DNA of 64,000 nucleotides, from NCBI RefSeq assembly GCF_009914755.1, contig NC_060931.1; one strand, given 5' to 3'. The translations under genes were made by a program, and so were the position numbers. Under the pieces are notes generated by a model that made no database searches, was not told the DNA's origin, and saw only the letters and a program-made list of their open reading frames with translations. Origin of the DNA: the human T2T-CHM13v2.0 reference genome, Homo sapiens. Every line of letters begins with the position of its first letter. The stretch's first letter is position 1. Below are positions 45,211 through 64,000 of the stretch, piece by piece.

Positions 45211-46129
45211 AGTCCAAACACTGTGCAGGCTGCCAAATATTAACATGGAAGGAATGTTATGCTAACTCTTTTCAGCATTGGGAATTCATTAGACTCAGGC
45301 CCTCTTAGATCTTTCTCTCAAACTTTGAGTTTTTAAAAACATCTTTTTTTGCTCCCCCACAGATGAGGTCAGGAAGTGGCTAAGAAGAGATCCATGAAGA
45401 TTAACATTCAGTGCTCAATTTCTGAAGGAAACAGGGAGTGAAAGGCCGTGGAAGAAAACAGGGCTGCCACGAACATGCTCTTGGCTGTTTGAAAAGATCC
45501 AGCGCAGCTTGAACTTCAAAAATAACTCCATTCACTATGGTTGCAGTTGGGCTTGGGGAATTTCTCACAATCAAAAGCAGCTGCTTCATCTCATTTAGCC
45601 ATTAGGCTGAGCTCCACAGGCTCGCTGCAGGATCTTAGAGCCTACAAGGCCCTGCTAAGAGTAGCCGCGTTTTCCAGCATGCAGTAGATCAGCGAGTGTT
45701 TACATTTGTGTTTGGAATGCTCATGAGTCCTTTGGGGCAAAGACTGAGTCATTAATCAGAGCTTTCTATGAACGTATTGCTGCCCAAGCCTCTGTGAATG
45801 TGAGTACGGCCTTGTCCCCTGAGTGACGCTGAAAGAGAGTGAAGCACATGTGCTCCATAGGACTGCCACGGCCACCCCTCTCATTCACTTTTCCATTCAG
45901 CGCTGAGACTAAGTTTAACTCATTTTTCTTTTGTTGTGAAAAGAGAATGCACACAAAAATTCAAATGTTACCAAATCGATATCAGGTAAGAGACAAAATT
46001 TCCCCTCTCTGGTACTCATATTCCCAGTCCATCCTCTCTGAGGTTATAACCTCTGATTGTGCCAGGCATCATTCTAGAATGTCTGAGCATATGCAAATGA
46101 GTGTGCATGATGTACATTATATATATATA

Positions 46130-49479
<3,350 letters not shown>

Positions 49480-49489
49480 AGGCCCATGA

Positions 49490-50425
49490 CTTCTTTGTTA
49501 TTCCCTCATTAAAGGTTGGAAGCTGATTCCCCTTGCCTGAGTCCGGGCTGTGTTTGGCGATACTTGTAAAGAATGGAATCTGGCTGAGGTGGAGGTGTGT
49601 GACTTTGAGGACTAGGTCCAAAGAAGGCATTGTGGTTTCCATCTTGACTGCTCTTTCCCTTGGATAGCTGACTCTTAGGGAAGCCACATGCCACACCATG
49701 AGCAGCTCTGCGGAGAGACCCATGCAGCAAGGAAATGAGGCTTCCAGTCAAGAGCTGCATGACTGAATGAACTTGTTACCAAAACACCAGGGGTTTGGTC
49801 CAGGTCCTTCTGCTCACCGCATGGAAAGCTCATCACTGAGATGACAAGTATTGCCAAGGAAGGATTTAATCAGGTGCTGCAACCGAGGAGATGGGAGCTC
49901 AGTCTCAAATCCATCTTGCTGACCTACTAAAACGAGGGATTTGTATAGCAGGGAAGAAATGAAACAATGTGTAAGAAAACAGCAACTAGGGAGGGGCACG
50001 GAAGCAATCATGATGAATGAGGGGGCAGCATCTCATTGTCTGAATGCGGTGATCTGGTGAGTTTCAGTTCTTTGGTACTTTTCTTGAGAGGCCTGAAGTT
50101 AGTTTCCTGAGGAAGGAACTCAAGTAAAACAAATGTAAATTTCAAGCCAGAAGGGTGAATTTCTATGTTTATCCGAAAAACTGTCTATGGGACTATTGGG
50201 TCAGTTTCAAACTTGGAAGCAATTCTCCAGCCCCAGTTGAGGCTTTAGAGAAGTCAGTGCCAGCCCACAGCCTGACTGCAACCCCTGGAGAGAATCTGAG
50301 CTGGAACCACCCAGCTAAGCCTGGTCTGAGTTTCTGCCCCACTGAAACCAAATAATACATTTGGTTGCTTTCAGCTCCTAAGTGACAGGGACACTTAACC
50401 GTCATGAGGCAATGTATAACTGATA
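49490..50425 (+). mobile_element. MLT1F/G-type MaLR LTR interrupted by an ERV1 LTR
   Basis: GGAGAGACCCATG..AAGGAAATGAGG and CCAGCCCCAGTTGAG..CAGCCTGACTGCAACC..GAACCACCCAGCTAAGCC. Confidence 0.65.
49774..50209 (-). mobile_element. ERV1 solo LTR (LTR15-like)
   Basis: TG...CA bounded, perfect 4-bp TSD AACT (49770-73, 50210-13); minus strand starts TGAAACTGACCCAATAGTCCCATAGACAG. Family name from recall. Confidence 0.75.
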
Positions 50426-50549
50426 CCCTACTCTACATGAAAAAATCCCATAAATACAGAGTCACGTGCTGCATAATGACTTTTCAGTCAATGATGGACT
50501 GCATCAATAATGGTGGTCCCATAATATAATGGAGCTGAAAAACTCCTAT

Positions 50550-51969
50550 TGAGAGGTGACAGTGTGCTGGCAGTCCTCAGAGCCCTCGCTTACTCTTGGC
50601 ACCTCCTCTGCCTGGGCTCCCACTTTGGCAGCATTTGAGGAGCCCTTCAGCCCACCACTGCACTGTGGGAGCCCCTTTCTGGGCTGGCCAAGGCTGGAGC
50701 CCACTCCCTCAGCTTGCAGGGAGGTGTGGAGGGAGAGGCGCGAGCGGGAACCGGGGCTGCGTGCAGCGCTTGCTGGCCAGCTGGAGTTCCGGGTGGGCGT
50801 GGGCTTGGCGGGCCCCGCACCCGGAGCAGCCGGCCGGCCCTGCTGGCCCCGGGCAATGAGGGACTTAGCACCCGGGCCAGCGGCTGCGGAGGGTGTACTG
50901 GGTCCCCCAGCAGTGCCAGCCCACCAGAGCTGCACTCGATTTCTCGCCAGGCCTTAGCTGCCTTCCCGCGGGGCAGGCCTCGGGACTGCAGCCCACCATG
51001 CCTGAGCCTTCCCCCTCCTCCGTGGATTCCTGTGCAGCCGGAGCCTCCCCGACGAGCGCCACCCCCTGCTCCATGGCGCCCAGTCCCATCGACCGCCTAA
51101 GGGCTGAAGAGTGCGGGCGCAAGGCACCGGGACTGGCAGGCAGCTCCACCTGCAGCCCCGGTGCGGGATCCACTGGGTGAAGCCAGCTGGACTCCTGAGT
51201 CTGGTGGGGCCTTGGAGAACTTTTATGTCTAGCTCAGGGATTGTAAATACACCGATCGGTACTCTGTATCTAGCTCAAGGTTTGTAAACACACCAATCAG
51301 CACCCTGTGTCTAGCTCAAGGTTTGTGAGTGCACCAATCGACACTCTGTATCTAGCTGCTCTGGTGGGGCCTTAGAGAACCTTTGCGTGGATACTCTGTA
51401 TCTAACTAATCTGATAGGGACGTGGAGAACCTTTATATCTAGCTCAGGGATTGTAAACGCACCAATCAGCACCCTGTCAAAACAGACCACTTGGCTCTAC
51501 CAATCAGCAGGATGTGGGTGGGGCCAGATAAGAGAATAAAAGCAGGCTGCCGGAGCCAGCAGTGGCAACCCACTGGGGTCTCCTTCCACACTGTGGAAAG
51601 TTTGTTCTTTCGCTCTTTGCAATAAATCTTGCTGCTGCTCACTTTTTGGGTCCACACTGCTCTTATGAGCTGTAACACTCACCGCGAAAATCTGTAGCTT
51701 CATTCCTGAAGCCAGCGAGCCCACGAGCCCACCGGGAAGAACGAACAACTCCAGACGTGCCGCCTTAAGAGCTGTAACACTCACCGCGAAGGTCTGCAGC
51801 TTCACTCCTGAGCCAGCGAGACCACTAACCCACCAGAAGGAAGAAACTCCGAACATCAGAAGGAACAAACTCCAGACGCGCCACCTTAAGAGCTGTAACA
51901 CTCACTGCGAGGGTCCGCGACTTCATTCTTGAAGTCAGTGAAACCAAGAATCCACCAATTCCGGACACA
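50550..51969 (+). mobile_element. LTR12C (ERV9) solo LTR, full length, CpG-rich
   Basis: TGAGAGGTGACAGTGTGCTGGCAG...CCGGACACA, perfect TSD CTAT (50546-49, 51970-73), CCAATC boxes. Confidence 0.95.
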
Positions 51970-52126
51970 CTATCACCCAGGAAGAGTAGTTACTGTAACA
52001 TTGTAGCACACTGCATTACTCAGGTGTTTGTGGGGTTGCTGATGTGAACAAACCTGCATGGCCAGTTGCATAAAAGTATAGCACACACGATTATGTACAG
52101 CCCATAATACGTGATAGTGATAATAA

Positions 52127-52827
<701 letters not shown>

Positions 52828-53055
52828 TATTATACTTTTTATTGTTATTTTAGAGTTTACTTTTGCTTATAAAAAAGAAGTTAACTGCAAAACAGCCCCA
52901 GGCAGGCCCTTCAGGAAGCATCCAGAAGAAGGCATTGTTATCACAGGTGAGAGCTCCATGCATGTTATTGGCCCTAAAGACCTCCTGATGGGATGAGATG
53001 TGGAGGTGGAAGACAGTGATATTGATGGTTCTCACCTTGTGTATGCCTAGGCTAG

Positions 53056-53376
<321 letters not shown>

Positions 53377-53557
53377 TGTGTGTTAATTTTTAACAAAAAA
53401 TGTGAAAATTTAAAAATAAGACTTTAAAAATAGAAAAAAGCTTATTTAATAAGGATATTAAAAAGAGAAAATATTTTTGTACAGCTATAAATTGTGTTTG
53501 CATTTTAAGCCAGATGTTATTTTAAAAAGTCAAAAAGCTAAAAAATGTAAAAGTTTA

Positions 53558-53942
<385 letters not shown>

Positions 53943-54998
53943 CTAAGTGCAGTGTTTATAGAGTTTACAAAGGTGTACAGTAATGTCTTAGACCTTCACA
54001 TTCACTCACCACTCACTCACTGCCTCACCCAGAGCAGCCTTCAGTCCTACAAGCTTCATTCCTGACAATGCCCTATCCAGGTGGACCATTTTTTTTTTAT
54101 CTTTTGTATACTGTAACTTTACTGTACTTTTTCTATGCTTAGATAGGTCCAGATACACAAATACTTACACTATGTTACAATTGCCTATAGTATACAGTAC
54201 CAGAACACGTTGGACAGGCTTGTAGCCTAGGAGCAATCTGCTGTCCGGTGTAGCCTAGGTGAGTAGGAGGCTCCACCACCTCGGTTTGTGTAAGTGCACT
54301 CCATGACCGCACAATGACAAAATCTCAGAACGTATCCCCGCCATGAAGTGGTGCATCACTGCACACATAGGCCACATATGCACCCGGGCTGGACTTTCAG
54401 TAAGCACCTGCCCCCTTGTGCTAGTGTCTGAGGAGACTCAGCATGCTGAAATGTCCCGCAGTGAAGGGGAAATGTGGAATGAGGGACACCGGCATGTGCG
54501 ATGGGCAAGAACCAGCTTGGAGCTGGTTCGGCCACCAGGCACTGGCTCGGGGCAGCTGAGCAGGCCCTGAACTAGCTCGCCTTCCTGCAGGCATCTTTTG
54601 CACACCTGCTGTGTGCCGGGTGCTGGTTGAAGATGCAACCTCTGACCTTTAGGGATTGCAAGCTTGAGCTCGGTGGGGACACAGATGATAGATAAATAAC
54701 ACAGTGTGATAACCATCTGGTCAGGGATGGAACCTGATGAGGAAGAAGTGACTGGAATCCTCCTGGGCTGGAAGGTGGGGGAGCTTTTATGTCTGCAGTC
54801 TCTTTGGGTAGGGAAGAAAATGAAGCAGGGGAGGCCTTCCTGTAAGGGGAGTCAGTCCAGGGTGTCAGGGGGTGGGTGGGAGAGGAACCTGGGAAGGCTG
54901 CAGGGCTGCACACTGTGCGTGGGGCAGTGGAGGCTCAGAATTTGGCACCCTGGGTGATGTCCAGCCATCAGAGTGTTTGAGGTGGGGGCAGTGCTTCA

Positions 54999-56395
<1,397 letters not shown>

Positions 56396-57022
56396 TGTCT
56401 GCTTGTTTTTAACAGACATGTTTGCCTCTTCTTTTTTAAAAAAAGCAACACCACCCCCAACCCCAAATAAATCTCAAGAAAGAAAAAGACCTTGATCAAT
56501 GACCCTTTTTCCTTTAATTTTAATGGAATGCATAAGGTTTAAAGTCAGAGAGAGGAGGGTTGGAAGCTTGGTCCATCTGGTACTTGCAGTGTAAACTTGG
56601 ACAGGGAATCTCATCTCTAGTTTCCTCTTCTGTGAAATCGAGATAATCCTACCTTCTTCACAAGGTAACAACACAGATTAAACAAGATGATGAATATAAA
56701 ATGCTTGGTCCCAGCCCCAGCTCATTGTACACAGCTGCTCCACATAAAGTATTGAAGTTACTATCATTGCTATTAACTCTGACTCTCTCTGGTCCTACAA
56801 GTGCTCCTTAAGGAGGCTCCTTTAGGATGACAGGGACTGTGTCCAAGGCTGAAGTTCTGCCTGTCCAAGGCTGGGCTAAGCCACCAGTCTGGTCAGTTCA
56901 GTGGGTGGTTACAGGGTTAGGGGCTTTGCTGGGATGAGTAGTCAGTTTACCTAAGTGTGCAATCAGTTCATCTTGCCAGGTCAGACATGCCAGCTACTGC
57001 TGAAAGTATGTGTATTTAAAGA

Positions 57023-57418
57023 TTGTCTGAGTCTGCTCCAGCTGCCATAACAAAATACCGCAGATGGCTTCAACAACTGAAATTTATTTCTCACAGTTCT
57101 GGAGGCCAGAAGTCCAGGACCAGGGTGCCAGCATGGTTGGGTCCTGGTGAGGACTCTCTTCCTGGCCTACAGACGTCCGCCTTCTTACTGTGTCCTCACA
57201 TGGCTTTTCTTCTTCTGCCCTGGTTGGGAGAGGGGGAGAAAGAGAGAGGGCGGGGAGATCCCTTTCCTCTTTTTCTCCTTGTAATCCTGTGGTGGGTAGT
57301 CCCACCCTCTTGACCTCATCTAACCCCAATCACCCCCAAAGGCTCCATCTCCAGACACCATCTCATTCAGGATTAGGGCTTCAGCATGTGAGTTACGAGG
57401 GGACCACAAACATTCAAT
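57023..57418 (-). mobile_element. MLT1A/MST-type MaLR LTR
   Basis: GCTGCCATAACAAAATACC..ATTTATTTCTCACAGTTCTGGAGGCCAGAAGTCC. Confidence 0.8.
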
Positions 57419-58294
57419 ATTGGGTATCCTATTTCCCAAGAACGAATAGTCTTCAGGGGAGTGAGTGTTGAGATAGAATGACTTTTGCTTGGAGGCTCTC
57501 TGCCCCTCTTAGGGGGCTGCATGGATTCTCCATGGGCGCTGTTGCCCATGCATCTTCTCTGTGCAGCTTCCTGTGCCTGACTGTTTAGACCTCACCGCAA
57601 TCCCGCATGTTGGTGCTGTTATGACCCCCCTTCTGCCAGGAGGAGAGCAGCTCAGGGAGAACTGGCGTGCCCAGACGACACAGCTAGGACGGGGCGGGGG
57701 CTTAATGGAGCCCAGAGCTCTGCGTGCAAGTCCAGGCTCATCCCCACCTGCTCCTCCACTCCCAGAGAGCCCCAGCCTCTCGTGGTGCGCTGGACGAACC
57801 TGTGCTGCTGCAGCTGGTGGCAGGTGTACTTCTGGGCGTGAACTTCACGCTCACTGGGAGCAGCCCATGCACCGGCCCCCTCGGTGCGCTCAGGTCTCAG
57901 GTGCCTCCGGGAAAGAGGAGAAGGCAGCTGTCTCTGCGCTGTCCCTGAGCCTGATGCCTGTCTGGAATCCTACTGATGAACTGTGAGGACCAGGCTGGCA
58001 GCAGCCAGCTCATTAGGTCTTGTCCTCTGAGAAACGCCTGGCAGAGGGCGGGGCAGCCGGCCAGGAGCAGCGCTGGGAGGAGGGTGTTTGTTTTTGACAC
58101 AGAAGAGCTGGAGAACACTGCCATTCGTGAGCTGACCTGGAAATGCTGGCGGCCCCTTGGCAAGGGAGCTGAAAAGGGCAGCCCCCTCTGTGGAAGGTGG
58201 TCGAGGGGTGGTGCTGGGTTGTCTGAGAAGACATGGGCTGGGCCTAGGTGAGACTGAGCAGAGCGTGGGAGCCCAGGGAAAGGTTCAGGGCCAG

Positions 58295-58560
58295 GACAGG
58301 GAAGGAGGGAGGGGAAGAGGGAGGGAAGACAGGAGAGAGAGGAGAGGGAAGCAGGGGGGAAAGGAGAGATGGGGGAGAAGAGAGGGGAGAAGGAAAGAAG
58401 AGGAGGGAGGAAGGAAAGGAGAAGAGGAGTGAAGGAGGGAGAAAGGAGACAGGAGGAGAGGAAGAAGTGAGGGAAGGAGAGAAGGGAGTAGGGAGAAGAG
58501 GGGAGAAGGGGAGAAGGGAGGAAAGGGAAGACGGAGGGGAAAAGAGGAAGGGAGGAAGCA
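58295..58560 (+). repeat. GA-rich polypurine tract
   Basis: ~265 bp almost entirely G/A. Confidence 0.9.
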
Positions 58561-59855
58561 GGGGCACCCCAGAAAGGGCCAGACACTCTCCAAAGTTACA
58601 GCATCCTCACAGCATGCCCCCTGAGAAGGCAGCATTCATGCCATTTTGTTTAAGTGAAGAAACAGGAATGAGTGCCAGAAATGGGACCTGGGCCGAGTTG
58701 GTCACAGCCAAACAGAGAGCAACTGGGTGGCCCATGGGTGCATCCAGCCTGTACCCGTGGTTTGGCCTGTGGTATTTTTGCATTTGTTTTCAGTTGAGTT
58801 CGTTGCCAGCCTTTAAACATCAGGAGACTTTACACAAAACCAGGGACTGTTGGCTTCTTTTTCCACACAGGCCCTTCTGGACCCACAGAGTCCACATTCC
58901 CCAAAGTGAAAGCTGCCTGGCCTCTGGGGGTGCACTGGGTCCAGCACCCACAGGTGAAAGTGAAGTCAGCCAGTGCCCCGTCCTGGAAGCCTCTGGATTA
59001 ACTGCGCAGAGTGGTCAAGGTCTCGGGGACTTTCCCCATTGCTGGGGGGTCGGGGGAGGGGATCCCCTTACAAACACCTCCAGGCCAGGCGCTTGGCTCT
59101 AAGGCAGGAATGCTTTTCTGTGTCTTGGCTCCCGGGCTGGGGACAGACAGGGAGCCCGTGAGTTTGTTGGCTGGAGTCACCCTTGACTGTCATCCTCGGG
59201 CTGCATCTGAAGGGAAATGGGGCTTTTAACAAAGTCAGTCATCCAAGAAAAACAACGCCAGATAATTTTGAGGCTAAAGAGCAGCCCTCTGCTCCCATCC
59301 CTGCCTGATTCTTTCTAGGGCAGGACGTTTGCTTTATTTTTTCATGGCGATGTCAAGCAGAAACATTTTCCAGGTCCTGGCAGCCCAGTGGTATGGAAGG
59401 CGTCTTCCTTCCCGCCCTGGCATTAGCTATGGCTGTCACTTACAGCAAAATGAGACACTCTGCGACTGTCTGACTGCCTCCAGGCGCTGGCTGCATTTGT
59501 GCAGGATTTGGGGCCTGGGCAGGCTCAGCCGACTCAGAAGAGCCTGTTTAAAAATGAACTCTTTTATGTTCGAAAGTTTCAAAAATAGAAGGAGCCAAGT
59601 TTAGAGATGGAGATGCCATTTAAATGTCTATGGTTACGAGTGCTGTGGGTGGTGGCCTCCCAGCCTCCCTGGGCCGCGCCTGCTCCCCATGGGCCACAAC
59701 ACCACCCCCCCTCCTCCAGCCGCTGCATTTTCTTCTATTCCCAACTGTGCGCCACAGAACTTTTACAGTTATTCACAAAGGAAACCTCATAGTAACAAAC
59801 ACATTTCAGAAACCTAAACCTGGTGCAGGAAAGCAAACGGCCAACATTTATTTAA

Positions 59856-60768
<913 letters not shown>

Positions 60769-61529
60769 TAGCCAAAATAACATCATCCTACGCAAACGAT
60801 CAACCATACTTCCCTAGGATTATCTACTATCCTGCCATATGCAGATGTCCCCAATGGCCCCCAAAATGTCTATTACAGTTGGTTTTTGGCCCTGAAGCAG
60901 CATCTAACAAAGCTTCCATTGGTTGTTTTGCCTTTTCAGAGTCTCCAAATGTGGCACCCTTCCCCTTGTTTCTTTCTATTGTCCTATTTTTTCAGTGACA
61001 CCAGGTATTGTTGGCATTTGCTTACCCTAGGAAGAGGTCCGAGGCACAGTCCTCTGTGCTCCCAAGCACCCTAGGAGTCCCTGATCTCTGCTCTGGAGTC
61101 CTCTGCCCACCGCAGGCCCCAGCAGCTCCATCTATGGCCCCTCACCCACCCCTGCTACCTCACCCTGCTGTGTCCATAACACCCCCAGAATGATTTCCCT
61201 TTAACAGCAGTCTGAGAGTTTGGCCTTGAAACCTGGAAAAGGCTGCAGGGTAAGGCCTGACCTCCTCAGCTGGGATCCAAGCTGTCACCCCTCTCCCGCC
61301 ATGCCTCTCTGTCTCATCTCATCCCCTAAATGCCCCCTTCGTTTCCAGGTAACTCAGGCACACAGAACTTCCCTGACACAAGCTCTTTCATGCCTCTGTA
61401 TGTTGACACACGCGGCTCCCTTTTCTGGGGCACTCTTCCTGTCCTGTTCTTCTCACCAGAGCTGCATCCGCGCTTTGTAACTCAGTTATCAATTGGGCCT
61501 CTTTCCTCCGTACAATGCGGCCTATCTCC

Positions 61530-62000
61530 CTATTATAAGACATTGCATTACACTGAGTTTGTTCTTTACAAGTGCATCTCCCTGCGGATGGAGCTCCATG
61601 AACAGTTGTTCAGATGTTCTTATAGGCAGTGCTGCAGTCAACATTCTTCCACAGTCTCCCTGGACTGGCTCCCAGGACTCCAGTGTTGGAGTCTGAGTAC
61701 ACAAAGGAGTGGAGGAACTGGAGACCTGCCCACTCCCTTCATGTTCCAACGTGATGCCGGGGGACCGGGCTCTGGGATCTGCTGTGCATCTCACCGCTGT
61801 GTGAGGGTGCCCATTTCTCCATGAGGGGTCAGCTTTTAGTACTGCCCACTTTTAATGTTTGCCAAGCTCGTGGATGTAAAGGGTATCACACTGTGATTTC
61901 CATGCACATTTTCCTGAATTAAAGGGTGGCTGAGCATCTTCTCATATTTTCTTGGCAATTCAGACTTCCCATTTTAAAAATCCCCTGTTCTTTTCTGTCT
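61530..62000 (-). mobile_element. Ancient L1M 3'-end fragments
   Basis: GAGGGTGCCCATTTCTCCA, TTTGCCAAG..GGATGTAAAGGGTATCAC, GCTGAGCATCTTCTCATA resemble reverse L1ME. Confidence 0.55.
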
Positions 62001-62169
62001 CTGGCAGTTTCTCTTCTTCAAAAGGAGGCCAAAGTGGGGTTTATATTAGAATCCTGGTTCCTCACCAGGGATGCAATATGACAGCTGGTCAAGAAACTGT
62101 GGCTCAGTTGAGTGTACAATAGAGGAGGGCAGGGAGTGTGTGATAATAGAAATTCAAGGGGCGTATAAT

Positions 62170-62550
62170 GAGTGTGTTGGTGGAGGTCAGGGAGAGAGTG
62201 AAGGCAGAGGTCGGGGAGTGTATGATGGTGGAGGTCAGGGAGTGTGTGATGGTGGAGGTCAGGGAGTGTGTGATGGTAGAGGTCAGGGAGTGAGTGATGG
62301 TGGAGGTCAGGGAGTGTGTGATGGTAGAGGTTAGAGTGTGTGATGGTGGAGGTCAGGGAGTGTGTGATGGTGGAGGTCAGGGAGTGTGTGTTGGTGGGGG
62401 TCAGGGAGTGTGTGATGGTGGAGGTCAGGGAGTGAGTGATGGTGGAGGTCTGAGAGTGAATGATAATGGAGGTCAGGGAGTGAGTGAGGGAGGTGATGGC
62501 AGAGGTTAGAGTGCGTGATGGTGGAGGTCAGGGAGTATGGAATGGTGGAT
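62170..62550 (+). repeat. 24-bp minisatellite GGTGGAGGTCAGGGAGTGTGTGAT, ~15 units
   Basis: Direct reading; the ORF track shows the corresponding GGGQGVCD octapeptide repeat. Confidence 0.93.
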
Positions 62551-63496
62551 GAAGGTCTACCATAAAGATCTAGGAGTTCAAAGCTATCCAGTAAGTAGAT
62601 GGTGGTGGTTTAATTTTTTAAATAGTAATTTGGACTTTTTCCATGTACAGATCCAGATTCACTGTTTCTGAGTCAGTTCAGGCAAGTAGTAGTGTTTTTG
62701 GAGAGGGAGAGGCACCCTCTCACCGCGGGCATGAGTGCTGCTAACCCCTGTGTGGGAGGCTAACTCGGAATGACTTGAAAGAGCTATAGATACTGAATGA
62801 AGGGTCTCCTTTTCTCTCTGCCTCTCTGTGTCCTTCTGCCTCAGCACTTCGTGCAGATGAAAGAAGCTAGAGTCATGGTGAGGCTGAAAATTGCTTGGGT
62901 AACAAGTAATATTTCTGTTCAACTGGACCCGAAGGACAGGTTGGGAGGTCAGCGGAACCACAGCCCACAGCGCCAGCTGAGGTGGGGCTGTAGAGGGCCT
63001 GAACACTCAGGCAGAGGGAAACCCAGCCTTCCGAGCCGTATGCCCATGTGTGGCAGCTTGCCCCCACTGGGGCAAGTTTCTGAGTAGAGACGATTGTTCT
63101 ATATAAGCTGCATAAACATTAGTTCTCTAATGAGCTGGAACCAACAACAACCCAGTGAACTTCAAGTAAAGGATCTACTCCATGAAAACGGGCAGCTTAC
63201 CTCTGCACAACTGGGAGAACCTCAGTGTTTTTGCAAAACATACACTTTATGAAGCACAGGACCTCAGAGCTGTTGATAAAGCAAGAGAGCTAGGTGAGAG
63301 CTGGATCAAGCCCCAGAGCTGTCATTTACCATTTTGGGACCTGGAGCCTGAGCCTCTACTTTTTCAACGGCAAAATAGGCGTGAATAACGTATCTAGAAG
63401 GACTGCTAGAAAAATGAAATGACATTTGCAAAACACACAGTGGAGCTGGCATAGAGGAAGAGCCTAATAAACCTGCTAAATCCCCCTTTCCCCTGA

Positions 63497-63497
63497 C

Positions 63498-63534
<37 letters not shown>

Positions 63535-63560
63535 TGTGTGTGTGTGCGTGTGTGTGTGTG
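63497..63560 (+). repeat. (TG)n(AG)n(TG)n compound microsatellite
   Basis: Direct reading. Confidence 0.92.
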
Positions 63561-63911
63561 CATTCCCTGTTCATTTCAAGCCCTGCTGTCCCTGGCTTAT
63601 GGCCTGGTTTTGGCGTTCCTCTTCCACAGTTCAGGCTTCCAGACCAGTGGGCTTACTGGCTCGGTTTGGCCCAGGATCAAGCCCCTGCCTCCAGCTGTAA
63701 CCTGAGCATTGTCTGGAATGCAGGACAATACATCAGGGCCATGTGAATAGAACTAATCCTCTTTATGTTGGCAGCATCTCATCGGAAAAAAGTAGTGGGA
63801 GTGGGTGGGGAAAATCAGGAGACCCCACCCCCTGCTGTCTCTCAGCAGCTTCTGTATGAAGCCATCAGAACCTTGGGCTGCTCTAAGGGAAAGAGATTTT
63901 CCTCTTGGATT

Positions 63912-64000
63912 CTTTTTTTTTTTTTTTATTGGAATGGAGTCTCACTCTGTTGCCCAAGCTGGAGTGCAGTGGGGCTATCTCAGCTCACTGCAACCTCCAC
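63912..64000 (-). mobile_element. Alu, cut by the window edge
   Basis: Poly-T then GGAGTCTCACTCTGTTGCCC. Confidence 0.9.

Noticed and set aside
50550-51180. Second gene-associated CpG island
   Set aside because: It is the GC-rich U3 of LTR12C.
57561-57986. 141-aa ORF in unique sequence
   Set aside because: GTG start, no recognisable domain or clear exon structure; cannot be supported without expression or conservation data.
57897-59102. 229-aa and 284-aa ORFs
   Set aside because: They are kept open by the GA/CT low-complexity tract.
62071-62509. GGGQGVCD repeat protein or CRISPR-like array
   Set aside because: A head-to-tail minisatellite with no unique spacers; the frame is broken by 22-bp units and the context is eukaryotic.

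Overview
Primate (almost certainly human) Alu-rich genomic DNA with no intact protein-coding exon. A CpG-island promoter at ~3.8-4.7 kb holds a minus-strand non-coding first exon (donor at 4311). I recall this exon as the 5' UTR of PPP1R3B (chr8p23.1); that assignment is from memory and unverified, and the coding exon would lie left of the window. The rest is upstream/intergenic sequence. It contains about 50 Alus (one AluYa5), an internally deleted LTR1/HUERS-P2-type provirus (tRNA-Pro PBS, broken gag, PPT, 4-bp TSD) inserted inside an AluJ, two further solo LTR1s facing each other, and two LTR12 (ERV9) solo LTRs. It also has MaLR, ERVL and ERV1 LTRs, a Tigger3 transposon expanded by nested insertions, a 24-bp VNTR and a few candidate lncRNA exons and enhancers. 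I found no new protein-based system. The most unusual signals are (i) a ~275-bp piece of local genomic DNA copied into the proviral 5' LTR with junction microhomology, datable by nested Alus, and (ii) a convergent LTR1 pair, both with mutated polyA signals, flanking opposite-strand splice sites. All repeat family names are from recalled consensus sequences and coordinates are hand-counted.
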